Below are positions 1 to 12,601 of a stretch of DNA of 64,000 nt, in pieces (the stretch's first letter is position 1; the number at the start of each line of letters is the position of its first letter). The DNA is from Octopus vulgaris. Its lineage: Eukaryota. The translations under genes were made by a program, and so were the position numbers. The DNA lies in assembly GCA_951406725.2 (NCBI GenBank), contig OX597822.1, positions 35,712,001 to 35,776,000 of the forward strand, written 5' to 3'. The notes beneath the pieces were generated by a model. The model worked only from the letters and a program-made list of their open reading frames with translations, searched no databases and was not told the origin of the DNA.

Positions 1-19
1 TATGTATTATTATGTAATT

Positions 20-90
20 ATGTATGTATGTATGTATGTATGTATGTATGTATGTATGTATGTATGTATGTATGTATGTATGTATGTATG
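20..90. repeat. (TATG)n microsatellite
   Basis: Direct tandem TATG run; explains ORF 24..206. Confidence 0.95.
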
Positions 91-1337
91 TCTATTTTTT
101 AATTGTTATAAATCTTCCACTGAGGAGGGAGCCGGTTTCCAGCAAAGATACAAGGCCCCATCTCTGGGACGTAGTTAACAAAGACAAGTTCATATTTGAA
201 GCTTGAGAAAACGCTATACGACTTCCCGATTAAAAACGTTTGGTGACTGCAATTAGAAATGAAGGAAAATTCAAATTGACTAGTTAGCTATCAAAGGTAT
301 AGAGGAATAGTAATCAAAAGCATATATTTATATATACACTCATCTGAAGCAAAAAAAAAAAAAATAAATAAAAAGAAAAGAAAAGATATCTACAGTGTAC
401 GTCTGAGAAATTTCATATTTTCATATTTACTACAGTTTATTTATAGCGTTTTACTGAATATCTGAAAGAGCAGGTATGTCCTGTATGCCCGTTTTGGAAT
501 GTATTTTCGGTTAGAACGATATAATATTTACTGTATGCTTTCTATTAAAGAATCTTATGTCCGATATAGCAAGGATATAGTAAGGCACTTACCATGAAAG
601 GAAGAAATTTAATATGAGCTGGAAGTGAGTGGTTTTGTCTGTTCGTACTTCTGAGATTTCTTCTATTCGTTTTGCCTGTAGAAATAGCAAACTTTTTTTT
701 ATATAACTGTGATTGAAATGTTTTTGTTAAGCTGCTTCTAGCATTTATGATTAATTTGAAAATTTATTTGCATTATATTTAGAAAGGTTTGCAATACTGG
801 AAATTATGTTCAAGCTAATAGGAGATTGAACCAAATAATTTCCTTTTCCTGTGTTGCCTTATATATTATGATTAACGAAAATATAAATTAATCTTAACAC
901 GAATTTTTTCCGTTAGATTCTCTAATTGCTTCAATTAAATTATTTCTGAAATAATCCAGTTCATGGCTGTTCATATGATGGGAAATTGTTAGTCATTTCG
1001 TAACGAACTAAGTTTAATTAAATCTTTTTTTTTTTTTTTTCTTGCGAAGGAAATCTAATACAAGCAATGCTTCCAATACTGAGTTGTTTGTGCCTTCATA
1101 GCCTGCCATTGCAAAAGAAGAATTTTTCCCTGCCTCGATGGCACCAAAAGGAGCTTTTCAAAAATGAAGCGAATTTCTAATATATAATATAACACTAATA
1201 TTAGCATCATTAATTTTGTCAATATACTGGTGAACTCCGAGGTTTTGGTTTGAGAGATTTGGTTATCGACGGATAAACATCAAACTGAAAAAATTGGCAA
1301 ATAAACACTTTGTTGTATTATAAATAATGATACGGTC

Positions 1338-1371
<34 letters not shown>

Positions 1372-1639
1372 ACGACCTCGAGCCCACAAGAATAAATAAG
1401 AGAGACAGAGACAGGCAGAAAGAAGGAAAATGTCCTTTGTATTTGAATACTATGCAAATATTCTTTTAAAACACTTTTCATTGAATTTTTCCAAAATTTA
1501 ATTGTTTTCCATGCTTACAATTGAAGAAGTCTCAATGACTGAAACCGTTACTGATATGTTTTTTATAAAATTATTTTAGAATTTTCTACCTTGACTTTTC
1601 TCCATATATACATATATATGTGTATATATATATACATAT

Positions 1640-1718
<79 letters not shown>

Positions 1719-1721
<3 letters not shown>

Positions 1722-1980
1722 TTTCCTTCTTTCCTGAGCGTCCAATAAAACTATATATATATATATAAAGTTAATCCAAACATGAAAACACAAAGAGAAA
1801 ACACAACAACGTGAGGACGTGGAACAAATATAGTATTATTGGATGCTCAGGAAGGAAGGGAAGAAGGATGGTTTAACGTTTCGAGCAGAGCATCTTCGTT
1901 AGAAACATAGGAAAAGGAAAGATCCAGAAGGGGAAGACAGAGAGAAAAAAAATCGCCAACGGTACACACGCGGTCACTTT
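1719..1980 (-). mobile_element. Non-coding Penelope-type terminal fragment with inverted end and degenerate minimal hammerhead
   Basis: Inverted repeat 1722-1755 / 1829-1862. Minus strand 1906-1871 reads GTTT-CTAACGA-AGATGCTCTGCTC-GAAA-CGTT-AAAC. Embedded in (TA)n. Confidence 0.55.
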
Positions 1981-2031
1981 TTGAATGTTTATATATATAC
2001 ATACATATATATATCTATCTATAATATATAA

Positions 2032-2069
<38 letters not shown>

Positions 2070-2111
2070 GTATATATCTTTATATATTATAGATAGATAT
2101 ATATATATGTA

Positions 2112-2154
<43 letters not shown>

Positions 2155-2510
2155 CAGATTAACGTTGGAGGAGGTTAATGAGAGTTTTAAGGAAACTGTT
2201 TGAGAAACCAATGATAAGATTTTGGAAATGTTAAAAGTAAACACACGTTAAACAAATGAGTTATGCAAGGAGAATAAGGGATGCGTTGATATACGTAATG
2301 ACTTAATGAAAGGTGGATGACATCACGCCAAGCAAAATAGTAGAAATAGGGTATAGTGTAATTTAGATAAGAAATGTAGTGTTTGGAATTCGAAAAAACA
2401 CGAAATTTATCGAGGTTATTAGCATACTTGATTGCTTATTGTTCTTATCGTATAGTACGTTACATCATGTTTATGTGCGAGTGTGTGTGTGTGCGCACGC
2501 GCGCATATAT

Positions 2511-2548
<38 letters not shown>

Positions 2549-2622
2549 AGCGAAAAAGAGCACGAGAGAAAGAGAAAGAGAGATACTATTTTTATATGGA
2601 AAACTTTTACTTTGACTTCAGT

Positions 2623-2969
<347 letters not shown>

Positions 2970-2971
2970 TG

Positions 2972-3110
2972 AGGCGCAGGCGTAGCTGTGTAGCAAGAGG
3001 CTTGCTTCCCAACCACATGGTACCGAGTCCAGATCCATTACATGATACCTTGTGTAAGTATTTGTTTCTGTAACCTCTGGGCCGACCAAAGCCTTGTGAG
3101 TGGACTTGAA
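2972..3110 (+). mobile_element. SINE family B (tRNA-derived), 5' fragment
   Basis: Matches the head of copies at 35119 and 42629 (ggcgcagg..gctgtgt..gcttgctt..gggccgaccaaagccttgtgagtgga). Confidence 0.8.
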
Positions 3111-3210
3111 ATATATATAAAATACGATGTACATTTGAAAAAAATTAAAATGTATAAGCAAGAAGCACATGCTTGATTGGCCTCGTGTTTATATGTTTAA
3201 TCTTGGCGTC

Positions 3211-3279
3211 CTTGTTGAAGAGGACTTCGCCTAGTAAATTATTTTATTTGCTAAAATAAGTCAGAAACCATGGTCCAGG
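3211..3279 (+). ncRNA. Type I hammerhead ribozyme, long stem II, degenerate
   Basis: CTTG-TTGAAGA-GGACTT..AAGTCA-GAAA-CCATG-GTC-CAGG. C3U change and a G.A mismatch at the base of stem II. Confidence 0.6.
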
Positions 3280-3511
3280 AAAGAGATGGTAAATGTTTTT
3301 ATTTTTCATTCCCTTCAAGAATTTATCCCTAATTAGTGGTTTGGACTTTCGCTTTTCTTTCCAGCGTAAGTGATTCCTATGATGGAAACCTCTTAATGTG
3401 TTTAAATGTACACTGCATTTTATATAAATAATATATAGCCTATTGACTGATTTTCTATACTCTAGGCCACTGGTAGTAAAAATTTCTAAAATCTTTATTA
3501 CGCTGATATTA

Positions 3512-3559
<48 letters not shown>

Positions 3560-3564
<5 letters not shown>

Positions 3565-3867
3565 TAAGGATAAAATCTTAATAAGGAATCTTAACAAGAA
3601 ATTATCAGGTAGTTAGCGTGAAAAACCTCATAAGAGAAAAAATTCGAAAATAATTTTTTTACTTGAAAATATTTATTTATATTGTATAGAGGGCATTATT
3701 ACACATAAATGCCACACGCTAAGAGGGACATAAGTCATTACTACCAAAATTTAACTAATCATACCTAATGCAGCTCTCTAATGATTAGTTAAATTTTGGT
3801 AGTAATGACTTATGTCCCTCTTAGCGTGTGGCATTTATGTGTAATAATGCCCTCTATACAATATAAA
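3560..3867. repeat. Repeat fragment ending in a perfect 87-bp foldback
   Basis: Arms 3676-3762 and 3781-3867 are exact reverse complements with an 18-nt loop; between TA-rich microsatellites. Confidence 0.85.
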
Positions 3868-4669
3868 AATATATATATATATATGTATGTGTATATATAT
3901 CTGTGTGTGTGTGTATAGATAGATAGACAGATATGTATGTGTGTGTATATATATAGATATAGATATATATATATGCATGTATGTATATAAATACATGTGT
4001 ATATTTATATACATACACACACACATATGTGTGTTGTGTGCTGTGTGCGTGTGTGTTGTGATGTCTGTGTGTGTTGTTTGTGTTTGTGCGTACGTGTGTG
4101 TGTGTACGTGTGTGTGTGTGTGCGTGTGCGCGCATTAAAGCAGTGAGTGACCGTTCAATTAATGCACAGTTCCTGTTTACAATGTTCCACACAGACAAAG
4201 TCTTAGATATTAATCAACTAAAACTGAAGGCACTTGTCCAGGATGTCTCAGAATTTCTCAAGATCCTTGTATTTTTACCCAATCAAAAATGTTCTAAAAT
4301 TCCAATCTTATCGGTTCTGCGGAACCAAGTGTAATCCATAGATTACGAAATGGCAGTAGGATATGAGTGGTTAGAAGGCAACGTGCGTTACTCTGTATAT
4401 GTTATTGCATAAATGATAGCGTTTTGTGTCGTGACAAAAGCGATATTTCGAATATCTGTTAGTTGAAGTAATTGTGCAGATTTTATCACTATCTTCAGCA
4501 GAATGTGAACAGAAGTATGCGTAGCATATAGTTCTGAGCATAACAATATATCAGATATGTACACTGATAGGAAATAGACATTAAGGAGTGGTTAAAATGT
4601 TTGCTTAACACAATGTCTCGATCCTAATGCGTGGCAGATGTCTTCCAAACTTTGCAGGAAACCTACTCA

Positions 4670-5190
4670 CACACAATAACTTCGAACACATGCGCACGCA
4701 CACACACACACACACATACACACATACACACACAATAGCCTCGAACATACACACACGTACGCACATGCACACACACAGTTTACGCATACACAAGAGCTTA
4801 ATATACACACGCAAACAAGCAAGCAGGCAGGCACACACACACACAATAGCGTCTAAAACACACACTCATACAACAGCCTTGAACACACACACACACAAAT
4901 CAGCAAGCAAGCACACACACACACACATGCACATGCACAGTTTACACACACACAAGAGCTTAATACACACACGCAAACAAGCAAGCAAGCAGGCACACAC
5001 ACACACACACAATAGCCTCGAAAACACACACTCATACAACAGCCTTGAACACACACACACACACACAAATCACCAAGCAAGCACACACACGCACACACAT
5101 GCACATGCACAGTTTACACACACACAAGAGCTTTATACACACACATACACATACAAACAAGCAAGCAGACACACACATATACACTCACAG
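4670..5190. repeat. CA-rich compound minisatellite (about 160-175-bp unit, about 3 copies)
   Basis: Motif cagtttac..cacaagagctt recurs near 4776, 4938 and 5110. Confidence 0.8.
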
Positions 5191-5449
5191 AAAGTGGCTC
5201 AGAGATTTCCTCTTTGATGCTCACGTCTAAAGCAACCTTTTAGTACTTCCGGTCATTAACCATACTGTGACTGTTAGACTCACGTGCGCTTCAATTTCTC
5301 CAGCTTTTTCTCTTCTGTTCTCTCTTTGTCTTTCTTATTTTCATTAAGAAAAGCGAATATTCGAAAATTTAAAGGCATTTCCTTCTCCCTATTTTCCAAA
5401 CGTCAAACCAAATACCAACTCAGTGCTTATGTATTTTTCTTTAACTTTG

Positions 5450-5518
<69 letters not shown>

Positions 5519-5530
5519 TGTGTCTGTGTC

Positions 5531-5567
<37 letters not shown>

Positions 5568-7197
5568 CATTTCAAGGTACAGAAGCGTGAAAGATACCTG
5601 CACATATACACACAAAGGCATATGCATGTTAAGTGCGTGTATATACATGCATATACGCATACATTAGTATATAGGTTTTTAACTTGTATACATATGTAAT
5701 AAAAATTTATTGAAACCAGATTAAACATCGTCCGCTTGAGAACTGAATACAAGCAGCACTTAAAACTTTATCTTTTCATAAAAACACAAGCAGTTACTTC
5801 GAAGTTCCAGCGAAATTCAATCTTTTTTAAAGTGCCAATTTAATAAATACTAATATTGGTAAATCTTTAAAATCGCCATATGATTTTTATTAAAAAAATA
5901 ACAGTTTGTGAGTATGTGTGCGCGTGTATGTGTTTATATTTGTGCTTGTATTTGTGAATGCTTACTCTTGGAAAGTTGGCGTTGCGTGAAAAAAATCGTA
6001 GCTTAGCCATTCGATATGGCTGAATTCATAACTAGCAAACTGGTATAAGTAATGGAATCGGTATGATTGATTAAAAGTCTAAAGATTTTCTCTCGATGAC
6101 GCTACAGTTCAATGACAGAAATCAGTAAAAGAATATAAAGCAATTAAAGGATGAACGTTTCAATTATTCCCACCGAATTATGAACTCTGAACCTGAAAGC
6201 TATTTTCAAATTGTACGAAGGAATGGTGTGCTGTATCTTTCTTTAAAGGTGCTATTTTGTTCAGGTGCAGTTTTACACACATAAATGGGGAGATTAATCT
6301 ATTAATCTTAATGTTCACTTTTGATCGTTAGCAGGCTGATTAGTTTACACCGAAATTAATGCCGTGTATCACGAAACAAGAGTAACTCAAGGATGCAGGT
6401 GTTTTTCTTGAAGCATTTCTATAGAGGAATAGGCAGTTATTTCTTCTAAAGTTTCTTTGATCTTCTTCCTCACAGACACATTTAATATTTGATATTTCAG
6501 ATGTTTTTGTGGTTTAGGGTCTTAGATAATGATGAAAATGTAAACAGCACCAGGATGAAAATGTAGATGTTTGGATAATAACAAAGAAGGTATATATACT
6601 TCCTGATTACGCGGAAGGTATATAGATTTCCCGTTTTCGTGAAATATACCCTTTTTTTGTGAAGGTATTTTTCAGTGAAGTTTGCCATACATTCAAATTG
6701 TTTGCATTTTACTGAAGCAAAACGTTATTACAGTATTTAGTTGATTGTATTCACACGGATTTTCTTTCTTGTAACACAGTAACACAATTAATTATTATAA
6801 TTACAGAAACACAAATGTCTCTTCCTGTCATTCATTTCCTTTGACATAGTCTCTTTTGCTTCACCGAACACCAAATATGTCAACTGAGTTCCACCAGCAT
6901 ATCTCTGAATCTTTGAGTGATTGGTGCCAAGTAACTTGTCCGAACTGTAAAGATAGTATGTAACAACATATATCAGTGAAACTCCATTAGTAATATAATA
7001 TAATGACACAATTAAGACAGTTTAACCGTTTAAATTACGAGATTTAGACTCTAGTTTCTTTAATTCATGCTCAAATAATTGCCATAAGGAAATTAATTGA
7101 CAGTTGCTGCATAGATATTTTGCATATACTTTAAATTGCAACTAATTCCATTTCGAACCAAGTAATCAGAATTTATAATATGAAAATTTAAAAAATG

Positions 7198-7578
7198 AGC
7201 ACTCCGTCGGTTGCGACGATGAGGGTCCCAGCTGATACGATCAACGGAACAGCTTGCTCGTGATATTAACGTGCAAGTGGCTGAGCACTTCACAGACACG
7301 TGTGCCCTTAACGTAGTTCTCGAGGAGATTCAGCGTGACACACAGAATGTGACAAGGCTGGCCCTTTGAAATACAGGTACAAGAGAAACAGGAAGAAAGA
7401 GCGAGAGAAAGTTGTGGTGAAAGAGTACAGCAGGGTTCAGCACCACCCCCTGTCGGAGCCTCGTGGAGCTTTAGGTGTTTTCGCTCAATAAACACTCACA
7501 ATGCCCGGTCTGGGAATCGAAACCGCGATTCTCCGACCGCGAGTCCGCTGCCCTAACCACTGGGCCATTGCGCTTCCA
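7198..7578 (-). mobile_element. SINE family A (tRNA-derived head, A/B boxes)
   Basis: Minus strand begins tggaagcgcaatggcccagtggttagggcagcggactcgcgg..ggtttcgattccc; near-identical to the 25066-25450 copy. Confidence 0.9.
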
Positions 7579-8773
7579 CTTATAATATAAGAGATTAGGG
7601 GAGTGTGTGATAGCTTAGACATAGTTTCTGTTTCATTTCCTAACAACTTTCAGGCGTGAAAGAGTGCACAAGGTGTGATTTGAACTATTACGTAATCTTA
7701 CCTTTACGGATAATCTTTTAATAGCAGGAATTACCAGTACATGAGAGCCTATGAGGGTGAATTGTTGCTAAGAGAAACCCTGTATCATTAATTTTACAAA
7801 TTTATAGATATGAAAATTATATTCATTGACCATAAGGGTTAAACCGGTTTTGTATGACTTTTAATGACTTCATCAACAAACGATTTCAAATATGAATTCC
7901 AGCGAAATTTTGTCGGCGAGTGAGGGATTTCTTACCCTTGCTTTACACTGTCAGTGGGTCGTAATCTGCTGATTATGGGATGAAGTAACCCAGTTGAATG
8001 AAGCTGTATGCTAATTATTAACGATGATTGAAAATTATGACATGGAGTAAATGAGACAACATTGCAAAATCAGTAACCAGGCCTTTTGCGGATTCGATTT
8101 TCCAGAAGCCACTCGTTCATAGAATTGTTCGTTTTTATTTTTAAAATAGATGTTAGGACATAATGTTTTAATCATGAAACATCTATGTAAATATGCTTTT
8201 GATTCATACTGTTGTATCACGAGAATTTTGAAAGATTGTTTTGTATCAAGATCAAATCTCCTTTTGTTTCATATTATTTACTTTTTATTAGGCACAATGG
8301 CCTGATATTTTAAACATAAAAATATATAATTATAAACTATTGATGGCACCCTAGAATGACCTATCGGTACCAACACATTTCTTCGAACTCTTTGATTATT
8401 TTCTTTATTCTATTTGAAAAGAGGTATTTTTCCGGAAATATTACAGGATCATATAACAATATCGTGTTTTATTTGTTTTCATTTATTGACATCACTTTAC
8501 CCGTTTTCCTTAACTTCTTAACCCGCAGGGCTCGAAGACTGTTTTCAAACATTTATATCATTTACATATCAATAACCTCTATTGAAGATGTGTGAATAGT
8601 ATGTAAAGTTAACAAATTATAATTACAGCAATACCATAGTAATTTTCAATGTTTGTTTTCATTAAGCAAATATAGCTCTAAGAACTGCCTCTGCCTAATC
8701 ATTTATATAAATTTATATAAATTTTAAATAGAAATATTAATATTTCTAAGTCTCTCTACGGCAGCGGTACTGG

Positions 8774-8935
8774 ATATTAGTAGTTAAGCCAATCTAATAT
8801 GGCAGTCCAGAAATATAGGTCGAATGCTGCCGTTGATTAGCTCCAAGAGGCCATCGCCTCTAGCTAGCTAATCAACGGCAGCATTTGTCCTGTATTTCTG
8901 GACTGCCATATTAGATTGGCGATAACTATTAATAT
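8774..8935. repeat. Foldback element (about 69-bp arms)
   Basis: 8774-8842 inverts to 8866-8935 with a few mismatches; homologous to the arm of the 49689-50462 element. Confidence 0.8.
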
Positions 8936-9904
8936 ATATTTTAATTTAATCCACAATCAAACAAAATGTCTCTCTTGCAGAATTAAGTCAGAATTGAAAG
9001 TAATTTCAATTATCTTCTATTTGTTTTCTTGTTGTATCTGAAAGATACATTCTCAGACCTTGCTTGGTTGATTATGAGAATCTCTTTGAAGTACAACTGC
9101 TGTGCTTAATGGTGATCTTGTTTGGTATCTTAATTTCTTGATAGGTTTCCAGAACATTGACATGTTGATCGGTCATCTGTTGACACTCTTTTTCACTTCA
9201 CAATTTCTGCAGGGAAATTCTTGTTAATATATTTGTGCGTATTAGCTGTAGTGACGAATTGAGTGAGACAACTTAACTTGAAGCTGTTCAATATTTAATT
9301 GCAAGCTTTGGTGTACTTCGGCTACATTATTATTAGGGTTGCTGGTGTTAAAAGGATTTATTTTATTTGCACGAAACCACACATTCGTTGAGTAGAAGAT
9401 ACAGTTACTTCAATAATTACTACAAATAGTACACAATAATCTAATATTATTCAAAAGCTCTAATAACCACATATTACTCGCATCAGACACATTCAGCTTT
9501 CTACCATGCCATTTCATAAACTATAAACATTTACAATCTTTAAAAACTGCTCAGACGTTAAATCTCACAACATCTATTCTGATTTTTTATCAACGACACA
9601 AATATATAACCCAGGCTTCTTTTATCTCTGCAGAAAAGATTTCAAAACTTATCCTCCACAAGACACAAGTACGCGTCATATTAGCTTATTGCAGATGCAA
9701 CTATTGTACGTACAAACACTAGAAATTTCTGTCCAAAACGTGATCAGCCAAAATCAACGGACATTACCTAGAGAAAAAATGTCTCAAGTTGTTATTGAGT
9801 CACAGGTCAGTCTCGACTGAGCAGACCAATAAGCAAATCCGTTCCAGTTGTGACCAACTAATCCTTTTCTTACGCGTAGTGCACAGAAAAAGTTGGTCTA
9901 AATA

Positions 9905-10175
9905 TATAGTGGTTAGAGTGTTGCACTCATGATCGCTGGGTGATGCGATCGATTCCCGAACTGGGCGGCATGTTGTTTTCTTGAGCAAAACATTCCATTT
10001 CACATTGCTCCAGAATGTGTGACACACTTGCGCACCTGTACAGGCAATGCCGATTTGATGGAGGGAATGAGCTTATGTAAATACAAACAGCTGGTCACTG
10101 TAAACAAATCATCTGTGTGGATGTTCAGCAAAAAATTGCGGAACCCTCAACCGTCGTTCAACGGCACAAGAATCC
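9905..10175 (+). mobile_element. Older tRNA-derived SINE (family A-related, CORE-like middle)
   Basis: tagtggttagagtgttgcactcatgatcg..cgattcccgaactgggcgg..ttcttgagcaa; related to the 23318 and 63608 copies. Confidence 0.7.
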
Positions 10176-10573
10176 ATAAAGGTGTGTGAATGTATGTGCG
10201 TGCGTGCGTGTGTGTGCGTTCGTGCATGTGTGTGTGCGTATGTTTTTTAAAACACAGTAAATAACGAAGAGAGACAGAAAGTAGAGACCAGCGAGAATGC
10301 CAGATGCATTTCAGAGTTTTTAGGCCTTTTCAGTGAACGGGAATTCATCGCCTCCGATCTAAAGGCAGTGAATAAAGCATTAATTGGTATTGTGAATATC
10401 TGCCCAACTGACTTAAAATCTTGTATATGGAATTTCAGCAGTATTAAATTTAAATTAGCCATCTATGTATCAAAGTCAATGTAACATCTCTATAGGGGTT
10501 GATATCTCAAGATAAACACCGCAGTAACTTCCTATTCAGCTGTGTGTATACATTACGCATGATACATTGTTAT

Positions 10574-10647
<74 letters not shown>

Positions 10648-10653
<6 letters not shown>

Positions 10654-11228
10654 CAATATAAGGAATGGCCATTCTTTGACTATTTTTTCTTTCTCACCAG
10701 ACCGCTGGTAGCGGAAAAGTTTTTCTAGAATTTTTTACTACCCTTATATTTATTAATTAATGATTTTTTGGCTAATTTTGAAATTAATTCAGCAGTTTAT
10801 ATTTGCTGCTGAGTAGACTGCGCGATTGCGGTAAGATTTGAAAATTTAGGGCATATGTGACAGGAGGCTTCTTTACCATAGCCTCGTGGACATATACTCG
10901 TCCTAGGCTCTCTGCTGACGAGGCACGCCAGATGTAAATGAATTTAATTTAATTTAATTAATTCATTTGCCAAAGTTTTGCCGAAACTATGCATAGTCCA
11001 GAGATGAAAGGGGTAAACGTTTTTATTTCTCTTTCTATATCAGAATTACAACTATTTAGCGGTATGAGTTTTGGCTGCTCTTTCTAGTGAGTCGAATGTC
11101 CTATATGGCCATTCCTTATATTGTTGAATGTATATTATAGTCTTTGACTAATTTTTCTTTCTCACCAGACCGCTGGTAGCGGAAAATTTTTTTCTAGAAT
11201 TTTTTACTATCCTTATATTTATTTATTA
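10648..11228 (+). mobile_element. Non-autonomous hammerhead-bearing element (Penelope pLTR / retrozyme-like), 468-bp period
   Basis: Direct repeat 10673-10755 / 11141-11224; perfect inverted repeat 10648-10672 / 11105-11129; internal hammerhead; (TA)n on both sides. Confidence 0.8.
10909..11004 (+). ncRNA. Type I hammerhead ribozyme, apparently intact
   Basis: Stem I TCTCTG/CAGAGA; core CTGACGA; stem II GGCA..TGCC (61 nt); GAAA; stem III ACTA-TGCA-TAGT; GUC triplet with predicted cleavage after 10998. Confidence 0.88.
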
Positions 11229-11229
11229 T

Positions 11230-11555
<326 letters not shown>

Positions 11556-11732
11556 ACACAAGAAAAAAAGCAACAAGAATGGAATCCATTCTTGTTGCTT
11601 TTTTCTTGTTTATAATCACCCCACATTATTTTATGGTTAATACCATAAAGATTTCTGGTGCATCTAAGTTAAGTACCACATTCATGTGAATTCATTGGAA
11701 TTCACTTGAATCTAAATTGTTTTACTGAAATT

Positions 11733-11794
<62 letters not shown>

Positions 11795-11809
11795 TAATAA
11801 ATAAATAAA

Positions 11810-12580
11810 ACATATATGTCCGTACCTACCTCTACATGTATATATACATGTATATATGGGTACAGGACACCAAAAAAAACGTCGAACACAATGAGAAATG
11901 AAAACATAAACACAAAACCCAATGAAATGGACATTTTTCTTAAACAACGAAAAATAGAGTACAGGACATACAAAACAAGGCAAATCCCGCTTCTTCAGTC
12001 GCCTTTGTTTCATCTACTCCACGTTTCGAAGGTCAAGGCGATACATGACTTTAATGAAACAATCCTTCCCGCGAAAATTAAATTAAGTAAAATTTGAGAT
12101 TTTTTGCGGGGGTGGGGTAAAAATGGTAACAAAAACAGGACAGTAACGACAGTACAAAATATAAACAGTAAAAGACAGGACAAAGAAAATAACAGTAACA
12201 CAAACAAGAAGGGCGGTTAACCCGAACGAGATAAAAATTTTTACGAACGCTATTTTTTAGAACGGCAAAGAGCAACAGAAAGTGCCGTCTCTACTTGAGG
12301 GTAGCCAAAACAGAAAGACAGCAGCAGAGTTCTCGTCGTGGGTCAACGACGGGAAGGAGGAGGAGGAGTAAGAGAAAAGGAGATAAAAAGGGAATGGTTG
12401 TAGAGAAAAGAATGAAGGATGACAGAGAGAGAGAGGGAGAGACAGTAAGGTAGAAGAAAAGGAAAGCCAAAAGAATGAAGGCTGAGAAAGGGAGGGGGAG
12501 AGAAAGGTTAAGAGTGCGCACCATTGTTAATATTGAGAACAATCTTACGTAGAAATGGATGCGTGCGTTCCGTCATATAA
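11810..12580 (-). mobile_element. Probable non-coding 3' region of a Penelope-like retroelement
   Basis: Anchored on (TA)n; T-rich minus strand; shares the GAAA..CTGANGA layout with the 33737 and 62975 elements. Assignment is inference. Confidence 0.4.
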
Positions 12581-12601
12581 TAAATTAAAAAATAAAACTG
12601 T

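Noticed and set aside
118-150. CTGAGGA-GGGA..TTCC hammerhead-like start
   Set aside because: Not followed by GAAA; no stem III or stem I.
2150-2420. Decayed gag-like coding fragment
   Set aside because: Purine-rich and protein-like, but multiple stops and no diagnostic motif.
7480-7578. Functional tRNA genes at SINE heads (also 19466, 22085, 25450, 59144)
   Set aside because: A/B boxes are present, but no acceptor stem closes a cloverleaf and each continues into a repeat body.
6788-9210. Candidate minus-strand exons (acceptors near 6944 and 9208)
   Set aside because: Frames hit stops quickly or give no recognisable protein; splice-like signals are common in AT-rich DNA.
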